From: Parcubacteria group bacterium GW2011_GWA1_56_13
GTDB lineage: Bacteria > Patescibacteriota > Minisyncoccia > Phycocordibacterales > Phycocordibacteraceae
Reading direction: 5' to 3'
Assembly: GCA_001004905.1 (NCBI GenBank)
Contig: LCRY01000002.1
Coordinates: forward strand, 378,129-442,128
DNA length: 64,000 nucleotides
Within the stretch, counting starts at the first letter, position 1. Every line of letters starts with the position of its first letter. This document shows positions 28,654-38,468 of this stretch, in pieces. Both the position numbers and the translations under genes were made by a program. Below the pieces are notes generated by a model. That model was not told where the DNA came from and ran no database searches. It worked only from the letters and a program-made list of their open reading frames with translations.

Positions 28654-31377
28654 CTAGCCGTTCAAATTGATTCCGTTGACCCTCTTCACCGAGTCGCTAG
28701 CGAGGCCGTTCAGTGTTTTCACCGAGGTTTCGTCGAGGCCGTTAAACGTGCTGATGTCGGAAGTCGGTATCGAAGGGCTTACCGACGCGGATTCTGAACT
28801 CGAAGGCGAAAATGAGGCGGAAGGGGACAAGCTTGGGGAGAGCGACGCGGAGGGCGAGCTTGACGCACTCGGGGATGGCGATGGAGAAATGGATGAGCTT
28901 GGCGAGAGAGAGGCCGATGGCGACTGGCTCGGGGATTCGGAAGCGGAGGGAGAGACAGACGGGCTCGGGGAGGCCGATGGCGACTGGCTCGGGGATTCAG
29001 AGGCAGAGGGAGAGAGCGAAGCGGAGGGAGACAGTGATGGCGAAACCGATGATGAGGGAGAGAGCGAGGCGGAAGGCGAAAGAGAGGGCGAAGCGGAACT
29101 CGAGGGAGAGATGGATGCGCTCGGAGATATCGAGGGACTTTCAGATGCGGAAGGCGAAAGCGAGGCGGATGGGCTAAGCGACGGCGAAACTGACGAGCTC
29201 GGTGAAAGCGACGCGCTCGGGGAAAGCGACGGACTTTCTGACGCCGAAGGCGAAAGTGAGGGAGAGACAGACGGGCTCGGGGAGGCCGAGGGCGACTGGC
29301 TCGGGGATTCAGAACTTGAAGGCGAGAGCGAAGCTGAGGGGGAAAGGCTCGGAGATTCGGAACTTGAGGGCGATAACGAAGCGGAGGGAGAGAGCGAAGG
29401 AGAAGCCGAGGCGGAGGGAGAGATTGAGGCGGAGGGAGAGATTGAGGAGGATTCAGAGGCAGAGGGAGAGAGAGACGCCGACGGCGAGAGTGAAGGACTT
29501 TCAGACGTGGATGGCGAGAGCGAGGCGGAGGGAGAGATTGAGGGCGATTCGGATGCCGAAGGCGACTGGCTCGGGGATTCAGAAGCGGAGGGAGAGAGCG
29601 ATGCCGATGGTGAGAGCGACGGGGAGATGGATGAGCTTGGCGAGAGTGAAGCCGAGGGAGAGAACGATGGCGACTCAGACGCTGAGGGCGAGAGTGAAGC
29701 TGAGGGCGAGAGCGACGGAGAAACGGAAGAACTCGGCGAGAGCGAGGCGCTGGGAGAGAGGGACGGCGATTCAGAAGTTGAGGGTGAGAGCGAGGCGGAA
29801 GGTGAGAATGACGGGGACTCGGATGCGGATGGAGAGAGTGAGGCGGATGGGCTGAGCGATGGCGATTCAGAAGTTGAGGGTGAGAGCGAGGCTGACGGAG
29901 ATTGACTCGGCGATTCGGAGGCGGATGGGCTCAGGGATGCAGACGGAGAGAGCGAGGGGGAAACAGAGGAACTTGGCGAGAGCGAGGATGACGGAGAAAG
30001 CGAGGGCGATTCGGATGCCGAGGGTGAAAGAGATGCAGAGGGAGAGAGCGAGGGTGATTCGGAGGCGGATGGGCTCAACGATGCCGAGGGTGACAGAGAG
30101 GGAGAAGCCGATGAGCTTGGCGAGAGCGAGGCGCTCGGAGATAACGATGGTGATTCAGAAGCCGAGGGCGACAACGACGCAGACGGGCTTAAGGACGGTG
30201 AAACCGACGAACTTGGCGAGAGCGAGGCTGACGGAGATTGACTCGGCGATTCGGAGGCGGATGGGCTCAGGGATGCAGACGGAGAGAGCGAAGGTGATTC
30301 GGAAGCGGATGGGCTCAACGATGCCGAGGGTGACAGAGAGGGAGAAGCCGATGAGCTTGGTGAGAGCGAGGATGAAGGAGAGAGGGATGGAGATATCGAA
30401 GAGGAAGGCGACAATGAAGCTGATGGGGAGAAAGACGGACTTTCAGAAGTCGATGGGGATAATGATGCTGAGGGAGAGAGCGAAGCGGATGGGGAAAGGG
30501 AGGGAGAAACGGAAGAGCTTTGCGCCGCTTGCGATGGCGAAACGGAAGCCGAAGGCGAAAGCGATGGGGATTCCGATGTCGAGGGGCTAAGCGAAGCTGA
30601 TGGGGAGAAGGACGGACTTTCAGAAGTCGATGGGGATAATGATGCTGAGGGAGAGAGTGAGGGTGATTCGGATGTAGACGGGCTAAGCGATGCTGAGGGA
30701 GAGAGTGAGGGTGATTCGGATGTAGACGGGCTAAGCGATGCAGACGGAGAGAGCGAGGGTGATTCGGATGACGAGGGAGAGAGAGACGGTGACTCCGATG
30801 GAGACTCTGAGGGCGATTGAGAGGAAGACGGCGAGAGGCTCGGTGATTCGGAAGGTGATTCGGAAGGTGATTCGGAAGGGCTTACCGAGGAAGACGGCGT
30901 CGGCGGCGTGAAGTCAACCGTGCACGTAACGAAATCGATGGAAAAAGTGACCGCGTCGGTATCGTTCCCCCGGATGCTCCGCAACCGGGCCCTGACGTTA
31001 TTGGCGGTTCTCAGGTCAGCGAGCGTTACGCCCGAGGTGACTTGATGTTCCAGGAGCGTGTCTACTGTCTTCTCCGTCGCGTCGCTCTGTTCCGAACCAA
31101 CTGCCGAGGTGCCGATGAACACCTGTATCGCCTGCGTGGCGATCGACATGTTGGTACTGACCTTGTATTGGAGGGAAACCGTAACCGAATTGATCGTTGA
31201 GCTGTCGGGGATGAGCGCGGTGTCAAACGCGGGGAATCCGAAATATGCCGAGATTTCGGCGTTTTTGCCGGGTGCGGCGGTCGCGTACTGAGTATTGTCG
31301 CCATCGTAGGCCAGCTGGGGGTTCGTGTATCCCGTCGTGATGGCTGTATGGGCATTGGCGTTCTGTGTGACAGCCAT
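28654..31377 (-). CDS. 907-aa Ser/Pro tandem-repeat protein (globular N-terminal ~165 aa, ~700 aa of SPSxSxSPS repeats, NGL-repeat C-terminus)
   Basis: Single uninterrupted minus-strand ORF through 2.7 kb. Plus-strand frames are broken by stops. Co-directional with the flanking genes. Confidence 0.6.
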   Translation of the reverse strand: MAVTQNANAHTAITTGYTNPQLAYDGDNTQYATAAPGKNAEISAYFGFPAFDTALIPDSSTINSVTVSLQYKVSTNMSIATQAIQVFIGTSAVGSEQSDATEKTVDTLLEHQVTSGVTLADLRTANNVRARLRSIRGNDTDAVTFSIDFVTCTVDFTPPTPSSSVSPSESPSESPSESPSLSPSSSQSPSESPSESPSLSPSSSESPSLSPSASLSPSTSESPSLSPSASLSPSTSESPSLSPSASLSPSTSESPSFSPSASLSPSTSESPSLSPSASVSPSQAAQSSSVSPSLSPSASLSPSASLSPSTSESPSFSPSASLSPSSSISPSLSPSSSLSPSSSASPSLSPSASLSPSASESPSLSPSASLSPSASESPSQSPSASLSPSSSVSPSLSPSASLSPSASESPSLSPSASLSPSSSASPSLSPSASLSPSASESPSLSPSASLSPSASESPSLSPSSSLSPSSSVSPSLSPSASLSPSASESPSQSPSASLSPSTSESPSLSPSASLSPSASESPSFSPSASLSPSTSESPSLSPSASLSPSSSVSPSLSPSASLSPSASESPSFSPSASLSPSSSISPSLSPSASLSPSASESPSQSPSASESPSISPSASLSPSTSESPSLSPSASLSPSASESSSISPSASISPSASASPSLSPSASLSPSSSESPSLSPSASLSPSSSESPSQSPSASPSPSVSPSLSPSASESPSLSPSASLSPSSSVSPSLSPSASLSPSASESPSISPSASISPSSSASPSLSPSASLSPSSSVSPSLSPSASLSPSASESPSQSPSASPSPSVSPSASESPSQSPSASLSPSSSISPSPSPSASSSPSASLSPSLSPSASFSPSSSESASVSPSIPTSDISTFNGLDETSVKTLNGLASDSVKRVNGINLNG
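28800..30900. repeat. degenerate ~18/48-bp tandem coding repeats (Ser/Pro-rich region)
   Basis: Repeated ggcgagagcgaggcggagggagag... units encoding ([16 protein letters not shown])n on the minus strand. Confidence 0.8.
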
Positions 31378-31380
31378 AAC

Positions 31381-31836
31381 CTATCGCATGATTTTATTCC
31401 ACTCCTCTTCCGTCCAATTATTCAAAAAGTCCCTCTCCCCCTTCACCGAACCGCGGTAATTGATGCTGTGATGTTGCTTCTTCCCCACGCGCTTGCACTC
31501 GCTCCACGCTTTTTTCACATCGAGAACATACTCCCACGCACTGATGGCATGAACCAGGTCAAAGCTGCCGTCTGCGAACGGCAGCGTTTCCACCGAGGCC
31601 TTCAGTACGTATCCTTTGGCGCAGGTATGTTCGAGCGCATAATCGGATACTTCTATGCCCCACGCGTCAAAGCCGCGCTCGCGTAATAGTTTGACCAGAT
31701 AGCCGCATCCGGTGCCGATGTCCAAAATTTTGCATACGCCATATTTTTTCTCCAGCCAGTCGGCGACCGCTTCATAGAACGCATGCCTATGGATAGTTCC
31801 CCAGAGGTCTTCGTAGTATTTCCGATCAAAAATCAT
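31381..31836 (-). CDS. class I SAM-dependent methyltransferase
   Basis: GAGGGG SD before ATG 31836 (MIFDRKYYEDLWG). ILDIGTGCGYLV motif I. The stop lies 3 nt before the start of the repeat protein. Confidence 0.55.
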   Translation of the reverse strand: MIFDRKYYEDLWGTIHRHAFYEAVADWLEKKYGVCKILDIGTGCGYLVKLLRERGFDAWGIEVSDYALEHTCAKGYVLKASVETLPFADGSFDLVHAISAWEYVLDVKKAWSECKRVGKKQHHSINYRGSVKGERDFLNNWTEEEWNKIMR

Positions 31837-31970
31837 AGGCCCCTCATACGTAGATAGTACTCCATACTCCCCCTCTTCTGCTTTCCCAAATTTGGCGCCA
31901 CGACTTGCGGCGACAGGTAGCACGGTATCTCTTTTTAAGAGCCGGTCTCGGTGTGGAGCGCCACTGTCCT

Positions 31971-33722
31971 TTACGTCGCCCCCTGAAGGTCGAGTAGTTT
32001 GCGCACGTTGTCCCATCCGGGAATAGTGTCGACAGTCGCTTCCTTCCAGAAGGCCGGCTTGCGGCGGAACTGGTCCTGGCTCCAGCGCGCGCGGGTCAGG
32101 TTTTTGCCGTGCTTGATGTCAATCGAGGGCGCGGCGGACTGATACGTCTCGAAGCCGTACCAGTGTTCCCATTTGATGCGGCCGTGGGTCATCGGCTCGA
32201 AGCCAATGCGGTAAGAGAAGCCCTCCTTCTCGACAAGCGCCACCCGCTCCCGGAAATGATTTAGGAGTGCTCGCCGACAGGCGACGAGGCCCGACAAGGG
32301 GCTCACGTTGTACTGGATGGCGAATCCGTCCGAGGCGCGCAGGAACCAGTAGTTGCTGTCGTAGTAAAAGACGTCCTCGCGCGGCGGCACGAAGTCGAAG
32401 TGCGAAGGGTGGTAGAGCACGTCGTGTTCGGCGAGGAAGACGACGTCGGTGCCGAGCGTCTCGAGGCCGACGAGTATCTGCTTGAACAGCGTGATGTAGC
32501 TTCGCTTGAGCGGGAGCACGACATTCCTGCCGAACGCGGTCGGCTTGAGCGAGACGGAAACGAGCGGCAACCGTTTGCGCCGCGCGATTTTTTCGAGCTG
32601 GCGCTGGCAAACGCGCTGAATCTTTTCGTCGAGCTCGTTGTCAGTGTAGTAAAGAATGCCCATGCTTGGCACGCGCTTCGGGTCCCGGGGTTCCGAGGGA
32701 GCCGGCACGGCTTCGGTCGGCGCCTGCGGCTCCGGGAGCGGCTCGACATCTTCGGCCCGCGCCGCGCGCTCGTTCTGGAGCGGCCACGCCTTGAGCTTTG
32801 CGAACGCCTCCTCGCTCCATCCCGGTACTGGCCAGAATTTCTCGAGAAGCCACGAGAGTGGGCGCACCTGCTTCTCCCACTTATTGTCGAAAAAGAGCTC
32901 GCGCGCCGTCTTCTTCGCGGCCTGCACCTTGCTCCCCGGGTTCTCGTAAGGGAAGCCGAAGTCGCCGCCCTGTGTCCTGAACATATGCGCATACCACGTC
33001 TGGTGGTTCACAAGTACCCTGCCCCCCGAGAGCCACGTCTTGCAGGCCACCTCGATGCCCTGTGAGCCCCACGAGCCGAACGTCTCGTCGCTTATGCCGA
33101 GTTCCCAGTATTTGTCGCGGGTCAGCATGAAGCAGGAACCTTGAATGGACATCGACTCCGTGAGGCCGGTCGCAAGCGCCTTCTTATATTCAGGGCGGCG
33201 CCTGAAATCCCTGAAGTACTGAAAGTGTGGTTCCTGGTCGAAGCAGTAGGAGTCGCTCTGCGGATTCGTCTTCGGTATCCAGACCACGTCCTTCTCGGCC
33301 GGCTTGCCGCACTCCTTACAGGGCCCGGAGGGGCTCTGGTACCGGACGTGCCCGTCCGGGCACACCCAGTTGAACGCGTGGAGATTGCGCATCACTGGCA
33401 CCATCGTCACGTCGTCGCCGACTTCTTTGAACGCCGCGAGCATCTTGATGTCGAATCCTTGGTCGAACGCGCAGTGCGCATCGCACTTCATCACGTACTT
33501 CGCCTCCGAAAGCCGCGCCGCCTGGTTGGTCGCCGCGCGCTGGCCCTTCGCCTCAGGGTTGCGGATGATCTTGAGCCGCGGGTCTTCCGGCAGGTCCGCC
33601 GCGTAGCCGTCGAGGACCGCGATAACCTCCGTGTCCCCTTCCCGGTGGCTCAAAATGTCCTCGATGGTCCGTGTGAGGAATTCTTCGTTGCGAGCGGGAA
33701 TGAGTATCGAGAGGTCTGCCAT
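31971..33722 (-). CDS. family 2 glycosyltransferase fused to a second C-terminal domain
   Basis: SILIPARNEE...VIAVLDG GT-A N-terminus (DxD region CDAHC). ~300-aa extra C-terminal domain. Confidence 0.6.
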   Translation of the reverse strand: MADLSILIPARNEEFLTRTIEDILSHREGDTEVIAVLDGYAADLPEDPRLKIIRNPEAKGQRAATNQAARLSEAKYVMKCDAHCAFDQGFDIKMLAAFKEVGDDVTMVPVMRNLHAFNWVCPDGHVRYQSPSGPCKECGKPAEKDVVWIPKTNPQSDSYCFDQEPHFQYFRDFRRRPEYKKALATGLTESMSIQGSCFMLTRDKYWELGISDETFGSWGSQGIEVACKTWLSGGRVLVNHQTWYAHMFRTQGGDFGFPYENPGSKVQAAKKTARELFFDNKWEKQVRPLSWLLEKFWPVPGWSEEAFAKLKAWPLQNERAARAEDVEPLPEPQAPTEAVPAPSEPRDPKRVPSMGILYYTDNELDEKIQRVCQRQLEKIARRKRLPLVSVSLKPTAFGRNVVLPLKRSYITLFKQILVGLETLGTDVVFLAEHDVLYHPSHFDFVPPREDVFYYDSNYWFLRASDGFAIQYNVSPLSGLVACRRALLNHFRERVALVEKEGFSYRIGFEPMTHGRIKWEHWYGFETYQSAAPSIDIKHGKNLTRARWSQDQFRRKPAFWKEATVDTIPGWDNVRKLLDLQGAT

Positions 33723-33741
33723 GCTTGGCGCTAGTATCTCA

Positions 33742-34446
33742 CTATTTCTTCATAAACGAAACTTGTTTTTCTTGGCTTAAATTATGGAATAAAGCGCCTG
33801 GATTGAGCTCTTTTCGGTCGTGGAACCGCCCGATGGGGAACAGGTAGATATCCGGACCGAGGACGGGCGCTGTTCCCGCGAACGCGCGGTTCCACTTGCC
33901 GTTGAAATAGCAATCGTCCCCTTTTTTGCTCGCCGGATGGTAGCCGAGCGTGCAGGTCTCGGGCGCGTAGCCCCCCAGCTGATCGAATATCTCTTTTTTC
34001 ATGACGAAGGTGTTGCCGTGCACGCTCGCGTCCATCCTCTCCCCGCTGTAACCGAACTCCGTAAGCGCTTTCCTGTCCTGGGTGAGTGTCCCGTCAGACA
34101 AGAGGAGCGCTATCTGTCGGCGGAATATCATTTTGTTCCCCGTGAAGGCGCGCGTGGCCTCAAGCGCTTCGCGCGAGATGATGTGGTCAAGGTCGGTCAT
34201 GAAAAGATACTCTCCGCGCGCCTGCGAAGCGCCTAGATTCCGGCCGAGCCCCTGCGTCCAGGCCAGGTTATTGTGCGTCTGGAGAATGCGCATGTTTTTC
34301 ATCTCGCCCTGAAGCGGCGGGTCGCTCCCGTCATCGACAAAAATAAATTCGACGTCGTTCGGCGGGTTCATTTTCTTGAAGTATGCGAGCTGCCGCGCGA
34401 ACGCCCCGTGCGAGTTGTATATCGAGATGACGATCGAAACCTTCAT
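33742..34446 (-). CDS. family 2 glycosyltransferase
   Basis: MKVSIVISIYNS...FIFVDDGSD...MTDLDH GT-A motifs. Confidence 0.65.
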   Translation of the reverse strand: MKVSIVISIYNSHGAFARQLAYFKKMNPPNDVEFIFVDDGSDPPLQGEMKNMRILQTHNNLAWTQGLGRNLGASQARGEYLFMTDLDHIISREALEATRAFTGNKMIFRRQIALLLSDGTLTQDRKALTEFGYSGERMDASVHGNTFVMKKEIFDQLGGYAPETCTLGYHPASKKGDDCYFNGKWNRAFAGTAPVLGPDIYLFPIGRFHDRKELNPGALFHNLSQEKQVSFMKK

Positions 34447-34458
34447 ATTGTGCTTGCT

Positions 34459-35112
34459 CTAATAATTTAACCCTACCCTGACGTCGCCGATATGCATAAC
34501 CCTCGGCGCATCGGTGCGCTTGCCCCAGTATGCGCATTTGGCGTTCGCATCTTTGAAGAGCATGCGTCCATACTGGCGTTCCGAGTACGGGACATCGGGC
34601 CAAGGATAATCGTAGACAAGAGATTTGTTATACACGCAGGGATTGCAGGAAAAATTATTCCGGTGTTCCACCCAATAGTGAACGCCGTCGGTTTTGTCTT
34701 CATATCGCTCTGGATGCGAAGCTATTATTCCTCCCTTTTTCCGCTCCCGCGAACCGATTGGCTGCCGGAGAAGCACTATTTCTTTGAGATGGGGGTTATT
34801 CCCCATGACCTTGATCATGTCAGCGACAGCCACGTCTTCCATAAAAAGAAAATCGTCTTCCAGGTGGAAAACCCACTCATTGGCATCCTCTTTGAGCTTC
34901 TGCCAGGCGGAGATCATGGCTTTTGCGAATCCGACCCGATCGGTGGCCGCGATCTCGTACTTGAATCGCTCAAGCCACTTTCGGTACGTATTATCCCCCG
35001 AATCATCATGGATCAATACCCGAGAAAAGGAGGCGTGAAGTTTCCCGAGCGTGGAGAGAGTCCGCTCGAGATATTCCCCGCGTCCATTGGTCATGATGAG
35101 AAGCGTCACCAT
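34459..35112 (-). CDS. hypothetical protein (possible nucleotide-sugar transferase-like), ~50% GC
   Basis: 217-aa ORF in the operon, HLEDDFLF acidic motif. No clear family. Confidence 0.4.
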   Translation of the reverse strand: MVTLLIMTNGRGEYLERTLSTLGKLHASFSRVLIHDDSGDNTYRKWLERFKYEIAATDRVGFAKAMISAWQKLKEDANEWVFHLEDDFLFMEDVAVADMIKVMGNNPHLKEIVLLRQPIGSRERKKGGIIASHPERYEDKTDGVHYWVEHRNNFSCNPCVYNKSLVYDYPWPDVPYSERQYGRMLFKDANAKCAYWGKRTDAPRVMHIGDVRVGLNY

Positions 35113-35612
35113 AAGGTGTCAAGAGGAGTCGTGTTACTGAGGACGGTCGTCCATGGTATATAGCGGTCGAAATCCTTTCGATACTTGAATTCGGGAAATG
35201 CGATTTGGTACATATTTTTCCGAACGACGTTTGAATCGTGGATGACAATGTAGTCGGCGCTATTCTTAAGATGAACTGCGGTTTTGCCTCTCGTGTGCCC
35301 GCCATGGTCAATAAGGATGATGCTGTAATGCCCTGTATTTGGTATTGAGAGATAGTCATCAATAAGATGAACTGCGTGGTTTTCTGACCTATATTCCTCG
35401 GCTAACTTGATGAAGTTCTTGTCGCTCTCGTATGTGACAAGGGAACGTTTTGTCTCGGCGCATAACCAGTGAAGAAGGGGCGTGCTGTAGATCCCGGATC
35501 CCACTTCCATGATCGGTCCCGTAGTCATGGCGGCCAGTTTCAGCAACACAGGCATGTGGGTCGACCATCCTTGTTCGATATTTATGGAGAGTGATTTATC
35601 CGAATGGCGCAT
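35106..35612 (-). CDS. putative class I SAM-dependent methyltransferase (TylF/MycF-like fold), lower GC
   Basis: IMEVGSGIYSTPLL glycine-rich motif. 7-nt overlap with the upstream gene. Confidence 0.4.
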   Translation of the reverse strand: MRHSDKSLSINIEQGWSTHMPVLLKLAAMTTGPIMEVGSGIYSTPLLHWLCAETKRSLVTYESDKNFIKLAEEYRSENHAVHLIDDYLSIPNTGHYSIILIDHGGHTRGKTAVHLKNSADYIVIHDSNVVRKNMYQIAFPEFKYRKDFDRYIPWTTVLSNTTPLDTLW

Positions 35613-35615
35613 AAT

Positions 35616-36302
35616 TTAATAGCCGTGCCTCGTAAACAGTTCGATGAGGTGCGCGGGGAGGAGCGGCTTCACGTCCTTATAGAGCTCTTTCATGCGGGGA
35701 TGGAAATGAAATACCTTGACGGGCTTTTCCGCTTTGGCAAACATCAGCTCGTTATGCCGCATGCGGCCTAAGTTATACGTATTGTTCAGTTTTATATACC
35801 GGTCATTTATATTGTCCACGTTCCTCGATGTTAAACGATACAAGGCTATTTCTTCGTTGACGCGTTTGTCGTTCATGGTCCGCCGAATGAGTTCGAACAG
35901 GTCTTTCGCCCGAGGCGAGAAAAAGAAACTGCCGGTATTCCACATTTCATTGAATCCGTAATCGGTAAAAGCGGCATCCTTATCCCCCAATACGTCCGCC
36001 GGAAATGCACTCACTTGGTAGGCATCGAAATCATGGAACCAACACACACCATCAAGTGCGCCAGTATCCAATAGATGACAAATGACATTTATCTTGCTAG
36101 CCCGTTTTCGATGTGTACAAAATAATTCATCGGGTACCACGATTGCATTAACCCCTTCATAAGAATATGGAAAATTGGTTACCAGGAGGATATCTTCCCT
36201 GTTCCATATCCGTAAAGAATTATCAATTTGCACTTTAACCAGGCCCGCATAATCTTTGGTAAATTCTTTTGACGGATGTATATATGCCATCAAGTTTTTC
36301 AT
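35616..36302 (-). CDS. hypothetical protein, ~44% GC
   Basis: ATG 36302 overlaps the upstream stop (ATGA). No recognisable motif. Confidence 0.4.
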   Translation of the reverse strand: MKNLMAYIHPSKEFTKDYAGLVKVQIDNSLRIWNREDILLVTNFPYSYEGVNAIVVPDELFCTHRKRASKINVICHLLDTGALDGVCWFHDFDAYQVSAFPADVLGDKDAAFTDYGFNEMWNTGSFFFSPRAKDLFELIRRTMNDKRVNEEIALYRLTSRNVDNINDRYIKLNNTYNLGRMRHNELMFAKAEKPVKVFHFHPRMKELYKDVKPLLPAHLIELFTRHGY

Positions 36303-36967
36303 AGCGAAAGCGAGGCTCGCAGCAAGGTCAAGTCGCCCCAAAATGGAAGCGACTCGCGCGGCGGATGCCGGCGCGAGTGGGAAGAGTAGCGGCTCACGTT
36401 GTTCAGCGTTTTAAAGGTGATAACGGGCTCATCGGACGTCCACACGAATTTTGGGTCCGTCCCGAGATGATACGCCCTGTTACTCGGCTTGTCCTCCTCG
36501 GTATACCAGCGCATTTCCTTCCCGAAGACCTGTCCGATGTATAAGCGCCAAAAGTCCTTGCGAATCACTTGCGCGCCGTCCGAGTATCGCTTGAAGAAAG
36601 CCAAATCCGGCTCTGACGCCGTTTTCGGTCGGATATAGGCAAGCCATACGTTGCCGTATCGATAATAATCCGCGCCGTCGGGCCGGAATGCGAAATAGGC
36701 GGGCGGGTACAGCACATCGGCTTCGGCTGTGATGACGTAGTCGGTTTTGACCGCATCGAGCCCGATTTGGATTTGGCGAAATTCGTTCCCGTAGCATGGG
36801 TGATGCCGCCCGACGCAAATGTTCTCTCCAAAGCCGGGGGCCGGCTCCTGTGTCACGGAGACGAGCGGCAGGTTGCCCTTGTGTTTGAGCAGATTCTCGC
36901 GGATTTTCGCCTCGAATGCGGGTTCTTCTGCATTCGCAGAGTAGTAGAGGACGGTAAGATTGTTCAT
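36299..36967 (-). CDS. hypothetical protein
   Basis: 222-aa ORF in the co-directional operon. Confidence 0.4.
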   Translation of the reverse strand: MNNLTVLYYSANAEEPAFEAKIRENLLKHKGNLPLVSVTQEPAPGFGENICVGRHHPCYGNEFRQIQIGLDAVKTDYVITAEADVLYPPAYFAFRPDGADYYRYGNVWLAYIRPKTASEPDLAFFKRYSDGAQVIRKDFWRLYIGQVFGKEMRWYTEEDKPSNRAYHLGTDPKFVWTSDEPVITFKTLNNVSRYSSHSRRHPPRESLPFWGDLTLLRASLSL

Positions 36968-36968
36968 A

Positions 36969-37571
36969 TCAAGTCTTCACGTACATCCAGGAGGGACACT
37001 TGTCCTTCCAGGTAAAGAGCGGTGTGATGCCGTAGGCCGAACACCAGCCGTTCACCGCCTCGATGACACCGAAGTTGAGCTTTGAATTGACGAAATAATC
37101 GTGGCCGATAACAAGCCCTCCCTTGCGCACCTTCCTGCTCCACGCCGCGATGTCGGCGACTACATGCTCGTAGGAGTGGTTCGCGTCGATAAATACCCAG
37201 TCGAGCGACTCGTCGGGAAATTCTTTTACCGCATCCAGAGACCAGGCCTTCTTGAGCGTGACATTCTTGAATCGCGCGAGCTTTTTCTGCGCATGCTGGT
37301 AGGCATCGTTTTCGAGGTCGTTTTTGTCGTAATCGCGGTAATTTTCGTACGAGGTCCACGCGTCAATGCCGATAATCTCCACGTTTGGAGCCCGTGAGGC
37401 GAGCCGCTCGGTAAATCTGCCTCGATATACACCGAGCTCCACCCCCTTTTTGAATCCGAGGTCGTTTAAGAGGCGGCCCATGTCGTGCCAGCGGCTCGCC
37501 GGAATCCTCACAGGCGACGACGCGTTCGGATTGAGCCCGTATCGCCGCATGACGAAGTTGAGGGTGTCCAT
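36969..37571 (-). CDS. class I SAM-dependent methyltransferase (Methyltransf_24-like)
   Basis: VELGVYRGRFTERL glycine-rich SAM motif, FIDANHSYEHV. Confidence 0.5.
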   Translation of the reverse strand: MDTLNFVMRRYGLNPNASSPVRIPASRWHDMGRLLNDLGFKKGVELGVYRGRFTERLASRAPNVEIIGIDAWTSYENYRDYDKNDLENDAYQHAQKKLARFKNVTLKKAWSLDAVKEFPDESLDWVFIDANHSYEHVVADIAAWSRKVRKGGLVIGHDYFVNSKLNFGVIEAVNGWCSAYGITPLFTWKDKCPSWMYVKT

Positions 37572-37572
37572 A

Positions 37573-38430
37573 TCACCCCCAGATGCGCTTCCTCCAGTCC
37601 GTGGGCCAGGATGGGAGCGGCCAGAACTGGTCTATCATGTTCTCGAACGTTTTCCGGTCTTCGTATACCCAATAATTATACGAGAATTTATTGCAGGCCC
37701 GCATGGACTCTCGGCTCATGAAATACATGCGACCGTATTTTGGCCCCTTATGCAGGTGCGCATACCAGGTGTTCTTGTTCGACATTGTTTTGCCGCCCGC
37801 GCGCTTCGTCTTGTAGACGATCTCCTCGCCCTCCTGTCCCCACCCCGAGTAACCTTCTATTTGCATAAGACCGACGTGTTTGAACCACTCTTTCGTCATA
37901 AACCACGCACTTCCCTGGATATGCATCGTCTCGTCGATCGGAATGTGGGAACGCTCGCGAGTGCGAGCGTCCCATTTGAACCCGTGAAGGCCCTTTGGGT
38001 CGAACTTCTCGGGATACATCGTGTATTCGTAGTCGATGGGCGGCCGGTCATCCACCTGCGTCTGTAGGCACCAGTGCTCGGCATCGAGGCGGTGTCGGCG
38101 CGGCACCTGTACCCAATTCGGCTGATGGTCCTTCGCAAGCTGCATGTCAAAGCCCGGTGCGACCATGCAGTGCGCATCAAGTGCCATGATGTATTGTCCA
38201 TTCGCACGTTCGGCCATCGTATTTATTCCGTGCCTCTTATGCGTTTCGCCGCCGCCCAAGGGAATGCGCAGGTACGTAACGCGCGAATCGTGTACAAGCT
38301 CTTCGGTGGGCGGTTCGTACCCATCCAGTATGGGAAACACCTCGATTTCGCCCGTGGCGTTTTTCAGCACATCCTCGATCGTCTGTTTTAAGAAACGTTC
38401 GTTCCTGCTCGGTATGGCAATGGATAACAT
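37573..38430 (-). CDS. family 2 glycosyltransferase (paralog of the N-terminal half of 31971..33722)
   Basis: The ORF track start 38721 gives an Arg-rich N-terminus that is unlikely. ATG 38430 gives MLSIAIPSRNERFLKQTIEDVL, parallel to MADLSILIPARNEEFLTRTIEDIL. Confidence 0.55.
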   Translation of the reverse strand: MLSIAIPSRNERFLKQTIEDVLKNATGEIEVFPILDGYEPPTEELVHDSRVTYLRIPLGGGETHKRHGINTMAERANGQYIMALDAHCMVAPGFDMQLAKDHQPNWVQVPRRHRLDAEHWCLQTQVDDRPPIDYEYTMYPEKFDPKGLHGFKWDARTRERSHIPIDETMHIQGSAWFMTKEWFKHVGLMQIEGYSGWGQEGEEIVYKTKRAGGKTMSNKNTWYAHLHKGPKYGRMYFMSRESMRACNKFSYNYWVYEDRKTFENMIDQFWPLPSWPTDWRKRIWG

Positions 38431-38468
38431 GATTCCCGCTTTGCGTAACGAGGATTTTACCTTGCCGT

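Noticed and set aside
28667-30590. Long plus-strand ORFs encoding Gly/Glu/Asp/Ala-rich acidic repeats (412, 217, 243 aa) across the tandem-repeat region
   Set aside because: They are the antisense reading of the Ser/Pro repeat gene. The plus-strand frames are interrupted by stops (such as TGA at ~29902), whereas the minus-strand frame is one intact 907-codon ORF with a start codon and operon context.
28800-30900. Considered a CRISPR array because of regular short repeats
   Set aside because: The repeats are degenerate, contiguous without unique spacers, maintain an open reading frame, and have no cas genes nearby. They are coding tandem repeats.
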